From NCBI GenBank assembly GCA_016790695.1, contig JAEUOS010000192.1, positions 13,064 through 77,063 of the forward strand: DNA of 64,000 nucleotides. The letters run 5' to 3'. Below, one piece after another: positions 36,414 through 45,008 of this stretch. The notes beneath the pieces are model-generated. The model had not been told where the DNA came from. It worked only from the letters and a program-made list of their open reading frames with translations, and made no database searches. Positions within the stretch are counted from its first letter, which is position 1. Every line of letters starts with the position of its first letter. The DNA comes from Burkholderiales bacterium (lineage in GTDB: Bacteria > Pseudomonadota > Gammaproteobacteria > Burkholderiales > JAEUOS01). The position numbers were made by a program, and so were the translations under genes.

Positions 36414-36910
36414 TATTTGGCCGAGAGCTGGCGCGCCGCGCCCATCCAGTCCTCGATGTGATGGGCACGGGTGAGCTTGCCGTCACGCACCGTGTGAATG
36501 TCGATGGACATGACGCGGAAGCTGCGTCCGCCGTGTGGGACTCCCATGAACGGGCCGGCGGGCGTGCCAGAGGCCTCGCCGCGCACGACGATGCGATCGC
36601 CCGCCACGAGGATCTCCTTGATCTCCCATTTGAGATCGGGAATCGCTCTTGAAAAGCCGGCGATCGCCGGGGCCACCTTCTCGCGCGGGCTGCACTGGTC
36701 ATTGTTGCCGCAGGACACCCAGTCCGCGGTGGTCGCGGCCAGCACCAGCGCGGCGGCGTCGCGGCCAGGGGCTGCGTTCAAGGCGTCGTAGAACGGCGCG
36801 ACGATCGCGCGGGCCTGCTCGACGGTGAGCGCCTGCGCGCTGGCGTGGCTGGCGGCGAGCGCAGCGATCGTGCCGGCCGCGGCGGCGAGTCGGAAGAAGC
36901 GGGGGGTCAT
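36413..36910 (-). CDS. Secreted SnoaL-like / ester-cyclase (NTF2-fold) protein
   Basis: ATG at 36910 (165 aa), signal peptide MTPRFFRLAAAAGTIAALAASHASAQA. AIPDLKWEIKEILVAGDRIVVRGEASGT block. Confidence 0.7.
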   Translation of the reverse strand: MTPRFFRLAAAAGTIAALAASHASAQALTVEQARAIVAPFYDALNAAPGRDAAALVLAATTADWVSCGNNDQCSPREKVAPAIAGFSRAIPDLKWEIKEILVAGDRIVVRGEASGTPAGPFMGVPHGGRSFRVMSIDIHTVRDGKLTRAHHIEDWMGAARQLSAK

Positions 36911-36993
36911 GAGGTCTCCAGGAAGAGGGGGTTGCGGAGGCGCCATTGGGCCGCATCGCCGATAATCATTCCAGCGCATAATTTTCATTGGCC

Positions 36994-37992
36994 ATGAACA
37001 ATATCGATTTACGTCGCTTCGACCTCAATCTGCTGGTGGTCTTCGAGGTGTTGATGGCCGAGCAGAGCGTGACCCGGGCCGCTGCGCGGCTCTCGCGCAC
37101 GCAGTCGGCGGTGAGCCATGCGCTCATGCGCCTGCGTGCGCAGGTTGACGATCCGCTGCTGGTCAAGGTAGGGGGGCGCATGCGCCCGAGCCCGCGCGCG
37201 GCGACGCTCCTTGAGGAGGTGCGGCCGATCCTGGCGGGCATCCGCCGCGCGCTGGCCAGCCCCGAGCCGTTCGCCGCAGCGACAAGCACGCGCGCGTTTC
37301 GCGTCGCCATTCCCGACGTCTCGTTGTCGCTGTTCGCCGAATTCGCCGCCCGCGTGGCGCGCGAGGCGCCCGGCACGTCGCTGGAATGGGTGTCGCGGGA
37401 CGCCGGGACGCTGCTGGCGGTGGCCGAGGGACGCATCGACCTCGCGATGATGCCAACGGCGCTCGGCCTGCCCGAGGGCGTCGAGGGCGAGGCCGCCGGG
37501 GTGCTGCGCTGGGCCACCTTCGCGCGGCGCGACCATCCGGCACTGTCCGCGTGGGGGCGCCGGGCGTGGGCCCGCTGGCCGCACGTGGTCGTGCGCGTGG
37601 GCGATGCGATGCCCAGCCCGGTCGATGCGGTCGCGCCGGGCGCGCCGGCACGGCGTGTCGCAACCTGGGTGCCGCATTTCTCGGCGGTGGCGCCGCTGCT
37701 CGCCAAGTCGGACTGCCTGGCCACCCTGCCGCTGATCGTGATGGCCGATGCGCTCGATCGGTATGCGCTGGTGGCGCTGCCGACGCCGTTCCCGATCGCC
37801 CCGATGCCGCACCGGCTGGTATGGGGCAGACGCCTGAGCGGCGAGCCCGGGCTGGTCTGGTTGCGCGAGCACCTGCGCGCGGCTTTCGGCGAGGTGCTGG
37901 CGGCGTCGGAAGCGATGGTCGCGGGCCGCCTGCGGCCACCGGCGCTCAGGACTGCCCCGGAGCGGCCGATAAGGCGGATGAAGGCCGGTTGA
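36994..37992 (+). CDS. LysR-family transcriptional regulator
   Basis: MNNIDLRRFDLNLLVVFEVLMAEQSVTRAAARLSRTQSAVSHAL HTH. I prefer the ATG at 36994 over the TTG at 36988. Divergent from the SnoaL-like gene. Confidence 0.9.
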   Translation: MNNIDLRRFDLNLLVVFEVLMAEQSVTRAAARLSRTQSAVSHALMRLRAQVDDPLLVKVGGRMRPSPRAATLLEEVRPILAGIRRALASPEPFAAATSTRAFRVAIPDVSLSLFAEFAARVAREAPGTSLEWVSRDAGTLLAVAEGRIDLAMMPTALGLPEGVEGEAAGVLRWATFARRDHPALSAWGRRAWARWPHVVVRVGDAMPSPVDAVAPGAPARRVATWVPHFSAVAPLLAKSDCLATLPLIVMADALDRYALVALPTPFPIAPMPHRLVWGRRLSGEPGLVWLREHLRAAFGEVLAASEAMVAGRLRPPALRTAPERPIRRMKAG

Positions 37993-38078
37993 CGGACCGG
38001 GCGCCCGCATGCGGACGAGGGCCGCGCGCATCGCCGTGCGGCCGTGTGTCGCCCCACCACGGGCAAGGAGGAATCAGC

Positions 38079-38666
38079 ATGAACGCTTCGGCATGGGCAG
38101 CATCGCTTGCGGCCGGCCTGGCTGCCGGCAGCGCCTCGGCGCAGTGGTATGCGGGCGCCGGGCTCGGCGTCGCGGGCGCTGCGATCGACGGATCCGCCGG
38201 CGCCATCGGCCTGTCGGCACGCGACAAGCGCAACACCTCGTTCAAGCTCGTCGGCGGCTACCAGTTCACGCCCCACTGGGGCGTCGAGGCGCAATTCACC
38301 GACCTCGGCCGCGCCGGCTACAACGCCTGCGTCGGCGCCACCTGCGGCGCCGGCAGCGTCGGCCTGCGCCAGTGGAGCGTGACCGGCACCGGCACCTACA
38401 CCCTCGCGAACAACTACTTCGTCTTCGGCAAGCTCGGCGTGACCTGGAACCAGGCGCGCGGCGACGCGTTCTGCGCCGCCGGCGCCTGCGGCGGCAGCCC
38501 CGCCGGGACGCGCAGCGACCTCCTCGCCGGGCTCGGTGTCGGCTACCAGTTCAGCCGCAACATCTCGATGCGCCTCGAGTACGAGCATTTCGGCCGCGCC
38601 GTTTCCGGCAACGGCTTTTCCGCCAAGGCCGACAACTGGTCGGCGAGCCTGCGCTACACGTTCTAG
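38079..38666 (+). CDS. Outer-membrane beta-barrel protein (OmpA-N/OMP_b-brl-like)
   Basis: ATG at 38079 after AAGGAGGA (195 aa). Signal peptide ending ASAQ, alternating beta-strand pattern, and C-terminal ...ASLRYTF. Confidence 0.8.
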   Translation: MNASAWAASLAAGLAAGSASAQWYAGAGLGVAGAAIDGSAGAIGLSARDKRNTSFKLVGGYQFTPHWGVEAQFTDLGRAGYNACVGATCGAGSVGLRQWSVTGTGTYTLANNYFVFGKLGVTWNQARGDAFCAAGACGGSPAGTRSDLLAGLGVGYQFSRNISMRLEYEHFGRAVSGNGFSAKADNWSASLRYTF

Positions 38667-38698
38667 GCGCGCGCGGCCGGCGCCCGCCAGGCGGCGCG

Positions 38699-38728
38699 TG
38701 GACGCGCGGGCACGGACACGCCTAGAAT
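38699..38728 (+). promoter_or_regulatory. Sigma70-like promoter (TGGACG-N18-TAGAAT) placed to give a leaderless transcript
   Basis: TGGACG at 38699-38704 and TAGAAT at 38723-38728. The ATG of the next CDS starts 7 nt after the -10 box, and there is no Shine-Dalgarno. Confidence 0.35.
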
Positions 38729-38734
38729 GCGGGC

Positions 38735-39610
38735 ATGCAAGGCATGTCCGCGGATATCGACAGCATCAACCACGTCGGCATGGCGGTGCGCGACCTCGGC
38801 ACGGCCGCGCGCTGCTACGAGGCGATGGGCTTCCAGCTCACGCCCTACTCGCCGCATTCGGGCGCCTGGAAGCCGGGCGAAGCCGTCAAGCCGCTGGGCT
38901 CGGGCAACCGCTGCGTGATGCTGCCGCACAACTACCTCGAGATCCTCGCGAGCGAGAACCCGCGCCAGCCGGCCGAGCGCATCGAGGCGTTCCTGCGCCA
39001 CCATCAGGGCGCGCACATCATCTGCTTCAATTCGGAGGTGCCGGACGCGATCGATGCGCGGCTGCGCGCGGCGGGCTTGCGCACGTCCGGCGTGATTCCG
39101 CTGCAGCGCGAGATCGACACGCCCGACGGGGTGCGCACCGCGAAGTTCCAGCGGGTGCAGTTCGCGCCGGACGACTCGCCCGAAGGCTACATCCAGGTGG
39201 CGCGCCACCTGACGCCCGAGTACATCTACCAGCCGCGCTACACCGCGCACGCCAACGGCTGCACCGCGCTCTCCGACACCATCGTGGTGGCGGACGATGT
39301 CGGGCATTTCGCGGCCAAGTACGCGCGCTACCTCGGCGTCGCGCCGGTGCGCGCGGACGGGGCGGCGCGCTTCCGCTTCTCGCTGGTCGGCCACCTGACC
39401 ATCGTCGGCGTCGGCGACGTGCCGCGCTTCCTGCCCGGCACGCTGCTGCCGCCGCTGCCTGGCATCGCGGGCGTGGTGTTCCGCGTCCCGGACCTCGCGG
39501 CCCAGCGCGCGCGTCTGGCGGCGGCCGGCTTCGTCGTCCGCGACGCGGGGGCGCGCCTCCTGGTGTGCGCCGAGGACGCGTGCGGCGTGGCCGTGCTGTT
39601 CGAAACCTGA
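38735..39610 (+). CDS. VOC (glyoxalase/dioxygenase-fold) family protein, two-domain
   Basis: 291 aa; INHVGMAVRDL...YEAMGF N-terminal VOC module. The start could instead be the ATG at 38744. Confidence 0.7.
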   Translation: MQGMSADIDSINHVGMAVRDLGTAARCYEAMGFQLTPYSPHSGAWKPGEAVKPLGSGNRCVMLPHNYLEILASENPRQPAERIEAFLRHHQGAHIICFNSEVPDAIDARLRAAGLRTSGVIPLQREIDTPDGVRTAKFQRVQFAPDDSPEGYIQVARHLTPEYIYQPRYTAHANGCTALSDTIVVADDVGHFAAKYARYLGVAPVRADGAARFRFSLVGHLTIVGVGDVPRFLPGTLLPPLPGIAGVVFRVPDLAAQRARLAAAGFVVRDAGARLLVCAEDACGVAVLFET

Positions 39611-39662
39611 CCCGTCCGCCGCGCCACGCGCGCCGCTGCGACGACACCAAGCGAGAAGCGTC

Positions 39663-40631
39663 ATGTCCCTTCCGAAGATCCTGCTGGCGACCTGCCTCGC
39701 CGCGTTCGCCGTCCTGGTCCACGCGCAGGACTTTCCGGCGCGCGCGGTGCGCGTCGTCGTGCCCTACCCGCCGGGCGGCGGGGTCGACGGCCTGGCGCGG
39801 CCGCTCGCCGAGCGCCTGTCGCGCCTGTGGAACCAGCCGGTGGTGGTCGACAACCGTGCCGGCGCCGCGACCCAGATCGGCGGTGATGCCGTCGCCAAGG
39901 CGGCGCCCGACGGCCACACCCTGCTGCTCACCACCGACTCGACGATCACCAGCAACCCGCACCTGTATCCGAAGATGCCGTTCGATCCGATCAGGGACCT
40001 GGCGCCGGTCACGCAGCTGATCGACCTGCATCAGATGGTGGTCGCGCACCCGTCGGTGGGCGCGAGCTCGATGCAGGAACTGGTCGCGCTCGCGCGCGCG
40101 AAGCCCGGCGCGCTCAACTACGGCTCCTACGGCAGCGGCAGCCAGCCGCACCTGCTGTTCGAGGCGCTCAAGGCGCAGACCGGGGTGCAGATCGCGCACA
40201 TCCCGTACAAGGGGATCGCGCCGGCGCTGACGGCGGCGATCGCCGGCGAGGTCCAGCTCACCCTGGGCGGCGCGGCGACCACGCGCGGCCATTTCCAGAC
40301 CGGGCGCCTGAAGCCGCTCGCGATCGCGCGCCAGGAGCGCCTGCCGCTGTATCCCGACGTGCCGACCCTGCGCGAGGCCGGCTTCCCCGACGTCGACCCG
40401 CGGCCGTGGTTCGGCGTGTTCGCGCCGGCGGCGACGCCGCGGGCGGTGATCGAGCGCATCCGCCGCGACATCGCCGCGGTGCTCGCGGAGCCGGAGTTCC
40501 GCGAGCGCGAGATCACCGGCAAGGGCTACACCGGCGTCGGCAACACGCCCGAGGAGTTCGCCGCGTTCATCCGCGCCGACCTGGAGATGAAGGGGCGCCT
40601 GATCCGCGTCTCGGGCGCCAAGGCGGAATAG
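39663..40631 (+). CDS. Bug-family (TctC-like) tripartite tricarboxylate transporter substrate-binding protein
   Basis: 322 aa; signal peptide, VVPYPPGGGVDGLAR, NRAGA, PDGHTLL, YKG motifs. Confidence 0.9.
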   Translation: MSLPKILLATCLAAFAVLVHAQDFPARAVRVVVPYPPGGGVDGLARPLAERLSRLWNQPVVVDNRAGAATQIGGDAVAKAAPDGHTLLLTTDSTITSNPHLYPKMPFDPIRDLAPVTQLIDLHQMVVAHPSVGASSMQELVALARAKPGALNYGSYGSGSQPHLLFEALKAQTGVQIAHIPYKGIAPALTAAIAGEVQLTLGGAATTRGHFQTGRLKPLAIARQERLPLYPDVPTLREAGFPDVDPRPWFGVFAPAATPRAVIERIRRDIAAVLAEPEFREREITGKGYTGVGNTPEEFAAFIRADLEMKGRLIRVSGAKAE

Positions 40632-40642
40632 GCCGCGCGCGC

Positions 40643-41386
40643 CTACGCCAGCCCGCGCACGATCAGCGAGGCGCCGCTACCCAGGAGCATGAGGCCGACG
40701 ACGCGGATGAGCGCGTCGCGCGACAGGTGCCGGAACGCGCGGGAGCCGAGCCAGAAGCCGGCCGCGGAGGCGGGCAACGCGGCCAGGGCCCAGGCCCAGG
40801 GCTTGAGCGAGAGCAGCATGCCGGCGGCGATGAAGGCGATCACGCGCACACTGATGCTGAACACCGAGCACACGCCGAGCGTGGCGCGATACTGGTCCGT
40901 GGTCAGCCCGCGACGCGACAGATAGATCGCATAGGGCGGGCCGCCGGCGCCGAACAGCGCGCCGGTGATGCCGCCCGCCGCGCCGGCGACCGGCGCCCAG
41001 CGATGGTGCACGCGGCCGACCGCGACGCCGCGCGCGAGATTCGACAGCGCCACCGCCAGCACGAACACGCCCAGCGCCACCATCGCCGCATGGCGCGGCA
41101 GGCTCACCAGCACCGTGAGCCCGATCACCGTGCCGACGGCGATGCCCGGCAGCATGAATTTCCACTCGGCGCCGACGGCCGCGCGCGGATTCTCCAGTCC
41201 GACCCGCCACGCGTTGGTCAGGTCGAGCAGCGAGTACATCGCGAGCGCGAACGGCAGCGGCACCAGGTGGGTTGCCAGCGGGATGGTGAGCAGCGCCGAG
41301 CCGAAGCCGGTGATGCTGAAGATGAACGAGCCGCCGAACGCGAGCAGCGCCAGGAGGCCGAGGGTGGGGAGGTCGGAGAGTGGCAT
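40643..41386 (-). CDS. TauE/SafE (DUF81) family anion exporter
   Basis: ATG at 41386 by codon count (247 aa), about 7-8 TM, with [10 protein letters not shown] and GAGGPP motifs. Confidence 0.85.
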   Translation of the reverse strand: MPLSDLPTLGLLALLAFGGSFIFSITGFGSALLTIPLATHLVPLPFALAMYSLLDLTNAWRVGLENPRAAVGAEWKFMLPGIAVGTVIGLTVLVSLPRHAAMVALGVFVLAVALSNLARGVAVGRVHHRWAPVAGAAGGITGALFGAGGPPYAIYLSRRGLTTDQYRATLGVCSVFSISVRVIAFIAAGMLLSLKPWAWALAALPASAAGFWLGSRAFRHLSRDALIRVVGLMLLGSGASLIVRGLA

Positions 41387-41449
41387 GGCGGCCGCGCGTC
41401 GTGCGGGCGGCGCGCCGATCATAGCGCGCGCCTGCCGGCGCGGCGCGCC

Positions 41450-41470
41450 GCCGCAATTTTCTCCAAGCCG
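41450..41470. repeat. 21-bp box, copy 1 (gccgcaattttctccaagccg)
   Basis: Located in the divergent TauE/AraC promoter region. 19/21 identical to 42408-42428. Followed by the GC hairpin gccgcgc-cgc-gcgcggc. Confidence 0.6.
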
Positions 41471-41549
41471 CGCCGCGCGCGGCGTGTCATCATGGCGGGC
41501 GTCGGCGGCACGGTTGCCGCCGCGCCGCCGGCCAGCCCGACCGACCCCC

Positions 41550-42401
41550 ATGCTCACCGCCGAGACGCTCTTCGAGTCGCCGGACATCGCGATCCGCGAA
41601 TTCCGCTGCACGGCCGGGCCGTCGGCGCGTCCCTTTGTCGAGGTCCACACGCGCCACGTGCTGTCGATCGTGCGCGACGGCAGCTTCGGCTACCGCTTCG
41701 AGGGCCGCGCGCACGAGCTCGTGCCCGGATCGATCCTGACCGGCCGCCCGGGCGCCGAGTTCGTCTGCACGCACGAGCACCATGGCTGCGGCGACCGCTG
41801 CCTGTCGTTCCACTTCTCCGAGGCCGCGGCCGCCGACCTGTCCCTCGGCGCGGCGACCTGGGCGGCCGGCGGCATCGCGCCGCTCGCGCCGGCGGCGGTG
41901 GGCGCCGCGCTGGCGCAGGCGGCCGCTGCCGGCGCCTCCGACGTCGGCCCGGCCGAGGCCGCGCGCCTGTTCGCCGCCGGCGTCGATGCCCTGGTGACGC
42001 CGCGCGCCCGGGTGCCGCACCGCGCCGGCGCGCGCGACCGCCGGCGCGCGGTCGACGCCGCCGTGTGGCTCGAGGACCATGCGGCGCAGCCCGTCGACCT
42101 CGACCAGGCTGCCGCCGTCGCCGGGCTCGGTCGCTTTCACTTCCTGCGCGTGTTCACGCAGGTGGCCGGGGTGACGCCGCACCAGTACCTGCTGCGCTGC
42201 CGCCTGCGCCGGGCGGCGGGGCTGCTCGCCGAAACCGACCTGCCGGTCACCGCCGTCGCCTACGATGCCGGATTCGCCGACCTGTCGAATTTCGTACGCA
42301 GTTTCGGGCGCGCCGCCGGCATGGCGCCGACGCAGTTCCGGCAACGCGCGCGCGGGCGCGCCGCCGGGCCACGCGCGCCGCGGCGCCGCGCCGCGCGCTG
42401 A
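41550..42401 (+). CDS. AraC-family transcriptional regulator
   Basis: ATG at 41550 by codon count (283 aa). C-terminal HTH pair ([24 protein letters not shown] ... [25 protein letters not shown]). Confidence 0.85.
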   Translation: MLTAETLFESPDIAIREFRCTAGPSARPFVEVHTRHVLSIVRDGSFGYRFEGRAHELVPGSILTGRPGAEFVCTHEHHGCGDRCLSFHFSEAAAADLSLGAATWAAGGIAPLAPAAVGAALAQAAAAGASDVGPAEAARLFAAGVDALVTPRARVPHRAGARDRRRAVDAAVWLEDHAAQPVDLDQAAAVAGLGRFHFLRVFTQVAGVTPHQYLLRCRLRRAAGLLAETDLPVTAVAYDAGFADLSNFVRSFGRAAGMAPTQFRQRARGRAAGPRAPRRRAAR

Positions 42402-42407
42402 CGCCGC

Positions 42408-42452
42408 GCCGCAAGATTCTCCAAGCCGGCGCGGCGCGCGCCGCCGAGAATC
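42408..42452. repeat. 21-bp box, copy 2 (gccgcaagattctccaagccg), embedded in an inverted repeat GATTCTC...GAGAATC
   Basis: Box at 42408-42428. GATTCTC at 42415-42421 pairs with GAGAATC at 42446-42452 around a GC-rich core. It lies between the AraC stop and the VOC start. Confidence 0.6.
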
Positions 42453-42478
42453 GGGCCTTCCCATCCACGGAGGCTCCC

Positions 42479-42850
42479 ATGTTCGATCACATCGGCATTC
42501 GCACCGCCAACCTCGAGCGCGCCGTCGCGTTCTACCGCGCCACCCTCGCGAGTCTCGGTCATGTCGTCGGCAGCACCGGCGCGGACTATGCGGGCATCGG
42601 ACCGGCCGGCGCGCCGTGCCTGTGGCTGCACGCCGCCGGCCGGGCGACCGGCGGCGTGCACGTCGCGTTCCGCGCGGCCGACCGCGCCGCGGTCGACGCC
42701 ATGCATGCGGCCGGCCTGGCCGCGGGCGGCCGCGACAACGGCGCGCCGGGCCTGCGCCCGGACTACGGCGCGAACTACTACGCGGCCTTCCTGATCGACC
42801 CCGACGGCAACAACATCGAGGCGGTCTGCCTGGCGCCGGCGGCAGGCTAG
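42479..42850 (+). CDS. Glyoxalase/VOC family protein (single domain)
   Basis: 123 aa from MFDHIGIRTANLERAVAFYRATL; ends ...FLIDPDGNNIEAV. ACGGAGG Shine-Dalgarno. Confidence 0.8.
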   Translation: MFDHIGIRTANLERAVAFYRATLASLGHVVGSTGADYAGIGPAGAPCLWLHAAGRATGGVHVAFRAADRAAVDAMHAAGLAAGGRDNGAPGLRPDYGANYYAAFLIDPDGNNIEAVCLAPAAG

Positions 42851-44010
42851 GCGTCGGCGCAGCCCAGGCCCAGCCCGCGCAGCGCCTCGACCTCGCTGTC
42901 CGCAAAGCCCCAGTCGGCGAGCGCGGCGCGGCCCTGCGCGCCGCGCTCGGGCGCGGGGCCGACGATCGCGCCCGGGGTGCGCGAGAAGCGCGGCGCCGGC
43001 GCCGCCTGCGAGATGCCGGCGACCTCGGTGAAGGTGCCGCGCGCGACGTTGTGCGGGAAGGCGCGCGCCTCGGAGAACGACAGCACCGGCGCGACGCAGG
43101 CGTCGATGCGATTGAACACCTCGGCCCAGGCGTCGCGCGTCCTCGACTTGAACGCGGCGGCGAAGGCCGCGCGCAGTTCCGGCCAGCGCGCGCGGTCATG
43201 CTGCCTGGGCAGGGTCGCGGGGTCGAGGCCGAGGCCGGCGAGCAGTTCCTCGTAGAACTTGGGCTCGATCGCGCCGACCGACATGTGCTTGCCGTCGGCG
43301 GTCTCGTAGACGTCGTACCAGGGCGAACCGGTGTCGAGGATGTTCTCGCCGCGCGCCTCGGTCCAGCTGCCGGCGGCCATCATGCCGGAGAACATCGCCG
43401 CCAGCACCGAGGCGCCGTCGACCATCGCGGCATCGACGACCTGGCCCTTGCCCGAGCGCTGCGCCTCGACGATGCCGCAGGCGATGCCGAACGCGAGGAA
43501 CATGCCGCCGCCGCCGAAATCGCCGACCAGGTTCAGCGGCGGCACCGGCGCCTCGCCCTTGCGCCCGATCGCGTTCAGCACGCCGGTGAGCGCGATGTAG
43601 TTGATGTCGTGGCCGGCGCGCGGCGCCATCGGCCCGTCCTGGCCCCAGCCGGTCATGCGGCCGTAGACCAGCTTCGGATTGGCCGCCAGCAGCACCTCCG
43701 GCCCCAGCCCCAGGCGCTCCATCACCCCGGGGCGGAAGCCCTCGATGATCGCGTCGGCCTTCGCGGCGAGGCGGAGCGCGGCGGCGACCCCGTCCTTCGA
43801 CTTCAGGTCGAGGGTCACCGAGCGGCGCCCGCGCATCATGATCTCGTGGCGCCGCTTGCGGCCCAGGCCGAGCCCGGAGTCGGCCGGGCGGTCGACCAGG
43901 AGGACGTCGGCGCCCATGTCGGCGAGCAGCATGCCGCAGAACGGCCCGGGGCCGATGGCTTCGAATTCGAGGATGCGGATGCCGGACAACGGGCCGGAGC
44001 GCTTGGTCAT
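42847..44010 (-). CDS. Family III CoA-transferase (CaiB/BaiF; alpha-methylacyl-CoA racemase-like)
   Basis: 387 aa; GIRILEFEAIGPGPFCGMLLADMGADV, GHDINY and VGDFGGG motifs. Confidence 0.85.
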   Translation of the reverse strand: MTKRSGPLSGIRILEFEAIGPGPFCGMLLADMGADVLLVDRPADSGLGLGRKRRHEIMMRGRRSVTLDLKSKDGVAAALRLAAKADAIIEGFRPGVMERLGLGPEVLLAANPKLVYGRMTGWGQDGPMAPRAGHDINYIALTGVLNAIGRKGEAPVPPLNLVGDFGGGGMFLAFGIACGIVEAQRSGKGQVVDAAMVDGASVLAAMFSGMMAAGSWTEARGENILDTGSPWYDVYETADGKHMSVGAIEPKFYEELLAGLGLDPATLPRQHDRARWPELRAAFAAAFKSRTRDAWAEVFNRIDACVAPVLSFSEARAFPHNVARGTFTEVAGISQAAPAPRFSRTPGAIVGPAPERGAQGRAALADWGFADSEVEALRGLGLGCADA

Positions 44011-44058
44011 GGAGGTTCCTGTCGGGTTGGATGCGTTGGCGCGGCGAAAGTGTAGCGG

Positions 44059-44880
44059 CTACGCGCCGGTGAAACGCGGCGCGCGCTTCTCGACGAACGC
44101 GCGCACCGCCTCGTTGTGGTCGGCGGTGCGGGAGCACCGGATGATGCGCTCGGCCTCGCCCGCGATGGCGGCGCCGATGTCGATGCGCGGCGCGTCGTCG
44201 AGGTTGTCCTTGATCGCCGCCAGGGCCACGCGCGGCCCGTCGGCGAGCGACCGGGCCAGCGCGAAGGCCTCGTCCTGCAGCCGGTCGTCGGCGACGACGC
44301 GATGGAACAGGCCGAGGCGCTCGCCGCGCACGGCGTCGACACGCTCGCCGGTGAGCATGAGTTCCCGCGCCCGGCTCGCGCCGACCGCCCGCGTCATCAG
44401 CCAGGCGATGCCGTAGTCGCCGGACAGGCCGACCCGCGTGTAGCCGGTGGCGGCGACGGCGCTCGCGCCGGCGATGCGCAGGTCGCAGGCCAGCGCGATC
44501 GCGAGCCCCGCGCCGACGGCGGCGCCGGGGAGGGCCGCGACCGTCGGCTTGCGCAGCGCGACCAGCGCCCCGGTCAGCCCGCCGTGGCGCTCCTTGTAAT
44601 CGGCCAGGCGCTCGGCGTCGGACAGGTGCGCGCGCGTGCTGTTGCCGCCCATGCCCTTGACGTCGCCGCCGGCACAGAAGGCGCCGCCGGTGCCGGTGAG
44701 GAGAAGCGCGCCGACCGCGGGATCGTCGCCGCAGGCGCGGATCATGCGCCGCAGTGCCGGCGAGAGTTCGTCGGACAGCGCGTTGCGTGCTTCCGGCCGG
44801 TTCAGCGTGATGACGGCGACGCCGTCGCGCACCGCGCACAGCAGCTGCGCGGTTCCGGTCTCGATGGTGCGGCTGGTCAT
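44059..44880 (-). CDS. Enoyl-CoA hydratase/isomerase (crotonase) family
   Basis: ATG at 44880 by codon count (273 aa). ITLNRPEARNAL, FCAGGDV, GAAVGAGLAIALACD. Confidence 0.9.
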   Translation of the reverse strand: MTSRTIETGTAQLLCAVRDGVAVITLNRPEARNALSDELSPALRRMIRACGDDPAVGALLLTGTGGAFCAGGDVKGMGGNSTRAHLSDAERLADYKERHGGLTGALVALRKPTVAALPGAAVGAGLAIALACDLRIAGASAVAATGYTRVGLSGDYGIAWLMTRAVGASRARELMLTGERVDAVRGERLGLFHRVVADDRLQDEAFALARSLADGPRVALAAIKDNLDDAPRIDIGAAIAGEAERIIRCSRTADHNEAVRAFVEKRAPRFTGA

Positions 44881-45008
44881 GGTGGCTCCGTCCGCGGCAG
44901 CGCGCCGCGCCGACGCAGTGTAGCCGCATCGCCGCCGCCGCGGCCGGGCAGCCGGGCGCCGCCGCGCATAGAATCGCCGCACTCCGACGCTCGCCCGGTG
45001 CGACCCGC

